Positions 59,514-64,000 of a stretch of 64,000 nucleotides of DNA are shown here, one piece after another. Under the pieces are notes generated by a model. The model did no database searches. It was given only the letters and a program-made list of their open reading frames with translations, and had not been told where the DNA came from. The position numbers were made by a program, and so were the translations under genes. The DNA comes from an uncultured bacterium (lineage in GTDB: Bacteria; Acidobacteriota; Thermoanaerobaculia; Multivoradales; JAHZIX01), in assembly GCA_965368975.1 (NCBI GenBank), contig CBDUPA010000013.1, forward strand, positions 96,001 through 160,000. Reading direction: 5' to 3'. Numbering within the stretch: the stretch's first letter is position 1; each line of letters opens with the position of its first letter.

Positions 59514-61355
59514 ATGTTGTCCTCAACTCTCCGCGTTTCTGCCTCGCCCTTCTTACTCCCACTCGCCCTCGCGGCGCTGCTGTCACCAGCAGCCGCAGCG
59601 CAGGACTTGCCCCTGTTCACCGACATCGCTCCGACGAGCGGCCTCGACTTCCATCATTTCAACGGCATGTCCGGCGAGATGTACCTCACCGAGATGACCG
59701 GCCTGGCAGCCGCGCTGTTCGACTACGACGGCGATGGTGATCTCGACGTCTACCTCGGTCAGGGCACCATGCTCGGGCCCGAAGCGACGCTGGCCGACGC
59801 GACCTGCCCGATTCCGGAGGGCTTCTCCACCACCAAGTCACCGACTGACCGCCTATTCCGCAACGACCTGGGGCCTGACGGACCGCGCTTCGTCGACGTC
59901 AGTGCCAAGGCAGGCGTCGATCTGGAAGGTTGGTCGATGGGGGCAACAACCGGGGACTTCGACAACGACGGCGACGTCGACCTCTACGTCACCCAATTCG
60001 GCCCCAATCGCCTACTGCGCAATCGCGGGGACGGCACCTTCGAGGATATCGGCAAGCAGGCAGGAGTCGACGATGCACTGTGGGGGCTGAGCGCTGCCTT
60101 CTTCGACTACGACCGTGACGGCTGGCTCGATCTCTACGTCGCCAACTATGTCGACTTTCCCAACGATCGCACCATCACTTGCTACGCGCGCAGCAGTCGG
60201 CGTGACTACTGTGGTCCGTCCGGCTTCGAGCCACATCCCGACCGCCTCTACCGCAACCGTGGCGACGGTACCTTCGAGGACGTCAGTGCGCAGAGCGGTA
60301 TCGCGCGCTTGCGCGGCGCCGGCATGGGCGTGGTGGCGGTCGATTTCGACGACAATGGCTGGCTCGATCTCTACGTCGCCAACGACGGTATGCCCAACTA
60401 CTTGTGGTTGAATCAGGGGGACGGAACCTTCCTGGAGGAGGCCCTGTTCGCCGGCACCGCGGTCAATGCGAGCGGTACGCCCGAAGCCAGCATGGGCGTC
60501 GACGCTGGTGACTTCGACGACGACGGCGACTTCGATCTGTTCATGACGCACCTGCTGGGCGAGACCAACACCTTGTTCGTCAACCAGGGCGAAGGCCTGT
60601 TCGTCGACCGCTCCAGCGACGCTGGCTTGGCGGCAGACAGCCTGCCCTGGACCTCCTTCGGCACCACCTGGTTCGACTACGATGGCGACGGTCGACTCGA
60701 CCTGGTGATCGCCAATGGCTCCGTCAAAGTGCTCGAAGAGCAGCGGGAGGGCGACGCCTATCCTCTGCGCCAGCCAAACCAGCTGTTCCGCAACCTCGAC
60801 GGCCGCCGCTTCGTCGACACCACCGCCTCGGCGGGTCCGAGCTTCACACAGCTGCGCGTCAGCCGCGGCATCGCCCAGGGAGATATCGACAACGACGGCG
60901 ACACCGACCTGCTGGTGACCAACAGCTGCGGACCGGTCGAGCTCCTGCGCAACGAGACGGGCCAGAACAAGCCGTGGCTGGGACTGCGCCTGGTCGACGC
61001 GCACGGACGCGACGCCCTAGGCGCGGTACTCGAGGTCATCCAGCCCGGAGCCGCGAAGTTGACCCGGCGCGTCCATACCGACGGCAGCTACACGGTAGCC
61101 AACGACCCTCGTGTCCAGGTCGGCCTCGGTAGCATGGACTACAGTGTCCGCCGACGCGGTCTGCCGGTGCGCGTGCGTTGGCCGGACGGCAGTGCCGAGA
61201 CCTTTGCCAACGTTCCCTTCTCACGCTACAGCGAGCTGCGTCAAGGCAGTGGCACCTCCGACGCACCCAATTCCCCACGCGCCGGCACTCCAGACCCAGA
61301 CAACGGTACAACCGGCGCCGACGCGACCGACCGCCAACCGGAGACCCACCGATGA
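59514..61355 (+). CDS. CRTAC1-family FG-GAP repeat / ASPIC-UnbV protein
   Basis: Signal peptide; repeated DYDGDGDLD/DFDNDGDVD motifs; C-terminal 'VRVRWPDG'. Confidence 0.88.
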   Translation: MLSSTLRVSASPFLLPLALAALLSPAAAAQDLPLFTDIAPTSGLDFHHFNGMSGEMYLTEMTGLAAALFDYDGDGDLDVYLGQGTMLGPEATLADATCPIPEGFSTTKSPTDRLFRNDLGPDGPRFVDVSAKAGVDLEGWSMGATTGDFDNDGDVDLYVTQFGPNRLLRNRGDGTFEDIGKQAGVDDALWGLSAAFFDYDRDGWLDLYVANYVDFPNDRTITCYARSSRRDYCGPSGFEPHPDRLYRNRGDGTFEDVSAQSGIARLRGAGMGVVAVDFDDNGWLDLYVANDGMPNYLWLNQGDGTFLEEALFAGTAVNASGTPEASMGVDAGDFDDDGDFDLFMTHLLGETNTLFVNQGEGLFVDRSSDAGLAADSLPWTSFGTTWFDYDGDGRLDLVIANGSVKVLEEQREGDAYPLRQPNQLFRNLDGRRFVDTTASAGPSFTQLRVSRGIAQGDIDNDGDTDLLVTNSCGPVELLRNETGQNKPWLGLRLVDAHGRDALGAVLEVIQPGAAKLTRRVHTDGSYTVANDPRVQVGLGSMDYSVRRRGLPVRVRWPDGSAETFANVPFSRYSELRQGSGTSDAPNSPRAGTPDPDNGTTGADATDRQPETHR

Positions 61356-63007
61356 GCCGTCTCTCTCGTCCCGCCGCCCTTCTCGTCTCGACCGTCGTGG
61401 CGCTGCTGTGTGGCGTCCAGATAGCCGACGCGCAGCCCTACCGCGATCCTGCACCACCAATCCCACAAGCCGGCGCCACCAGTGGTACCAACGGCGGTAG
61501 CGGCAACCGTGTCGAGCTGCAGCCGGTCGATTTCCCCAATCTCGAGGGCCTGGAACCGGCGGTCGCCGAGCAGTTGCAGGCGGTGCAGGGCATGCTGGTC
61601 GAGACGCTCGAAGGCCTGCAGACGAACCCGAGCGCACTGGAGCCGCAGCAGCTGGCCCTGCGCTTCGGGGAACTGGGTATGGCCTACCAGGCCTACGAAT
61701 TCTACGACGCCGCCGAAGCCGCCTATCTCAACGCCGTGCGGCTGGCTCCGGACGACTTCCGCTGGGTCTACTATCTGGCCACGTTGTCGCGCCAGCAGAA
61801 CCAGCTCGAGCGCGCCAACACTGCCTACCGGCGAGCGCTGGAGATCTACGACCAGCACATTCCTGCACGCTACTACCTGGCGCAAAACCTGCTCACCCAG
61901 GGCGATCAGGAAACCGCGGTGCTGTTGCTGCAGCAGATCCTCCAGATCTTCCCGGTCGAACCCAGCGCACACGCCGCCCTGGCCGAGATCGCGCTGCAGC
62001 AGGGCGAGTACCAGCAAGCCATCGAGCACCTCACCCGGGCCCTCGACGAGCAGCCCGAGGCCAACCGGCTCCACTACACCCTGGGCATGGCCTACCGGGG
62101 CCTCGGCGATATGGACAAGGCCCGCCACCACCTGGAGCTGGCTGGGCGTGTCGGTGTGCGACCGCAGGATCGTCTGCTCAATGAGCTCACAGAGCTGGCC
62201 CAGGGTGAGCGCGTCTACCTGCTGCGTGGCCGCACTGCCTTCGCAGCCGGCCGCTACAACGAAGCCGCTCAGGCCTTCGCCAACGCCATCGCAGCGGACC
62301 CACAGAGTGATCGTGCCCGTACCAACCTCGCCGCCGCCCTCGGCCAACTCGGCCGCACAGACGAAGCAGTCCTTCAGCTGCGCAAGGTGATCGAGAACGA
62401 TCCCTACAACCGCACCGTCCTGTTCAACCTCGCCATGCTGCTGGTGCAGAAGGGCGAACACGAAGAAGCCGCGAAGCACCTGGAAGTGGTCGTCGAGGGC
62501 ATGTATGACGATCCTGAGGCACAGTTCCAATACTCGCTCGCCCTGCGTCGCCTGGGCCGCCACGACGAGGCCCTGGTACCTGCCCAGCGTGCCGTCGGGC
62601 TCGACCCGCTGCGCGCCGAGTCCCAGTTGCAGCTGACGCAGGTTTACCTCGACCTCGACCAAACCGCCGAAGCCGCCCGCGCGCTGCGCGCCGCCAACGA
62701 GCTGATGCCCGAAGACGGCCGCATCGCCCGTGCCCTCGCTCGGCTCCTCGCCGCTGGCCCCGACCTCGACTTGCGCGATGGTGCTCGTGCGCTAGAGCTG
62801 GCCGAACTGGTGTTCCAAGCGCAGCAGACCACCGAGCACGCCGAACTCATCGCCCTGGCCCTGGCGCAGCTGGATCGCTGCGAAGAAGCCGCCACCTGGC
62901 AGCGGCAAGCGATCGAAGCCGCGGCCCAGGCCGGTGCCGCCGGCGCTGCCCAGCGCATGACCCAGATGCTGATCCGCTACGACCACGATCGGCCGTGCCG
63001 GCCGTGA
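61352..63007 (+). CDS. Tetratricopeptide repeat protein (secreted)
   Basis: ATGA overlap with the CRTAC1 gene; signal peptide; multiple TPR motifs. Confidence 0.85.
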   Translation: MSRLSRPAALLVSTVVALLCGVQIADAQPYRDPAPPIPQAGATSGTNGGSGNRVELQPVDFPNLEGLEPAVAEQLQAVQGMLVETLEGLQTNPSALEPQQLALRFGELGMAYQAYEFYDAAEAAYLNAVRLAPDDFRWVYYLATLSRQQNQLERANTAYRRALEIYDQHIPARYYLAQNLLTQGDQETAVLLLQQILQIFPVEPSAHAALAEIALQQGEYQQAIEHLTRALDEQPEANRLHYTLGMAYRGLGDMDKARHHLELAGRVGVRPQDRLLNELTELAQGERVYLLRGRTAFAAGRYNEAAQAFANAIAADPQSDRARTNLAAALGQLGRTDEAVLQLRKVIENDPYNRTVLFNLAMLLVQKGEHEEAAKHLEVVVEGMYDDPEAQFQYSLALRRLGRHDEALVPAQRAVGLDPLRAESQLQLTQVYLDLDQTAEAARALRAANELMPEDGRIARALARLLAAGPDLDLRDGARALELAELVFQAQQTTEHAELIALALAQLDRCEEAATWQRQAIEAAAQAGAAGAAQRMTQMLIRYDHDRPCRP

Positions 63008-63118
63008 AGCCAGCGGCACAATCCCCCCAACCTCCGGCGCAGCCCACGGCGGCGTCCCTCAGCCACTCCGGTCTCCAGACCCCAGAACACAACCCACGAA
63101 CAGGAAGGACCGGACATC

Positions 63119-64000
63119 ATGAAACTAGCTATTCTATCTCGATCTCCAAAGGCCTATAGCACCCGAAGACTCAAGGCGGCAGCTGAGGAGCGCGGACACA
63201 AGGTCCGCATCCTCAACACGTTGCGCTTCGCCATCGACCTCTCGGCCAACGTCCCGGACCTGCAGTACCGAGGCAAGCACCTGTCGCATTATGACGCGAT
63301 CCTGCCGAGAATCGGTGCCTCGATCACCTTCTTCGGCATGGCCGTCGTCCGGCAGTTCGAACAGATGGATGTTTATACTCCAACCACCTCTGCCGGTATT
63401 GCCAATTCGAGAGACAAACTGCGGGCGATCCAGATCCTGGCGCGCCACGGCATCGGCATTCCGGGCACGATGTTCGTCCGGGATCGAGCCGATGTGATCC
63501 CCGCTATCGAAGAGGTCGGAGGCGCGCCGGTCGTGATCAAGCTCTTGGAAGGCACTCAGGGCATCGGCGTCATCCTGGCGCCCGACAACAAAGTCGCCGA
63601 AGCGGTCGTCGAGACTCTCCAGAGCACCCGCCAGAACGTCCTCATCCAGCGCTTCATCGCAGAGAGCCGGGGCAAGGACATCCGAGCCTTCGTCGTTGGT
63701 GACCGGGTGATCGCCGCCATGCGGCGGAGTGCTTCCGGAGATGAGTTTCGTTCCAACGTCCACCGTGGCGGCACCACCGAGGCCGTAGAGTTGCCCCCCG
63801 AATACTCGAGGGTAGCGGTGCAGGCAGCACAGATCATGGGCCTGCGGGTCGCCGGCGTGGACTTGCTGGAGAGCGACCGAGGCCCCCTGGTGATGGAGGT
63901 CAACAGCTCTCCGGGCCTCGAAGGTATCGAGGGTGCGACCGGTCTGGACATCGCCGGTGCCATCGTCGACTTCGTCGCCAGCCAGGTGGACTTCCCGGAA
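63119..64000 (+). CDS. rimK: RimK-family alpha-L-glutamate ligase, 3'-partial
   Basis: Hand-translated, not in ORF track: MKLAILSRSPKAYSTRRL...PRIGASITFFG.AVVRQFE...SRDKLR...KLLEGTQGIGV...FRSNVHRGG...EVNSSPGLEGIE. Runs off the window. Confidence 0.92.
   Translation, partial: MKLAILSRSPKAYSTRRLKAAAEERGHKVRILNTLRFAIDLSANVPDLQYRGKHLSHYDAILPRIGASITFFGMAVVRQFEQMDVYTPTTSAGIANSRDKLRAIQILARHGIGIPGTMFVRDRADVIPAIEEVGGAPVVIKLLEGTQGIGVILAPDNKVAEAVVETLQSTRQNVLIQRFIAESRGKDIRAFVVGDRVIAAMRRSASGDEFRSNVHRGGTTEAVELPPEYSRVAVQAAQIMGLRVAGVDLLESDRGPLVMEVNSSPGLEGIEGATGLDIAGAIVDFVASQVDFPE

Noticed and set aside
63119-64000. RimK as a second ATP-grasp for the graspetide pathway; minus ORF 63134-63763
   Set aside because: It is a canonical RimK more than 40 kb away with no precursor nearby, and the minus ORF is its shadow.

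Overview
High-GC bacterial chromosomal window; an Acidobacteriota-like host is my inference. The first ~28.5 kb is a RiPP (ribosomal peptide) hub. It has two peptidase-containing ABC exporters: an NHLP-type three-gene system at 1-6650 and a C39-ABC with a GAF-HlyD adaptor at 24171-28468. It also has six short double-glycine-leader precursor genes (44-54 aa) that are missing from the supplied ORF track, in three groups, each beside a different maturase. (i) Two Trp-initiated W-x-[D/E]-P peptides are coupled to a possible prenyltransferase-like protein. (ii) One N-x-C peptide follows a low-GC radical SAM/SPASM gene. (iii) Three graspetide precursors precede a grasp-with-SPASM ATP-grasp/SPASM pair; two of them carry a symmetric E-K/T-D/E-K/T-D hairpin ladder. 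The graspetide block sits between algI and algJ/algX-like O-acetylation genes and has a candidate sigma-54 promoter plus its own enhancer-binding protein. The rest is mostly housekeeping: uvrB, vapBC, methylmalonyl-CoA mutase, two acyl-CoA dehydrogenases, an NtrC-type regulator, DegP, rimP-nusA-infB-DUF503-rbfA-DHH-truB-rpsO-pnp-Nif3, a frameshifted SEFIR-kinase pseudogene, CRTAC1/TPR genes and a partial rimK. No tRNA, rRNA, CRISPR array or transposase was recognised.
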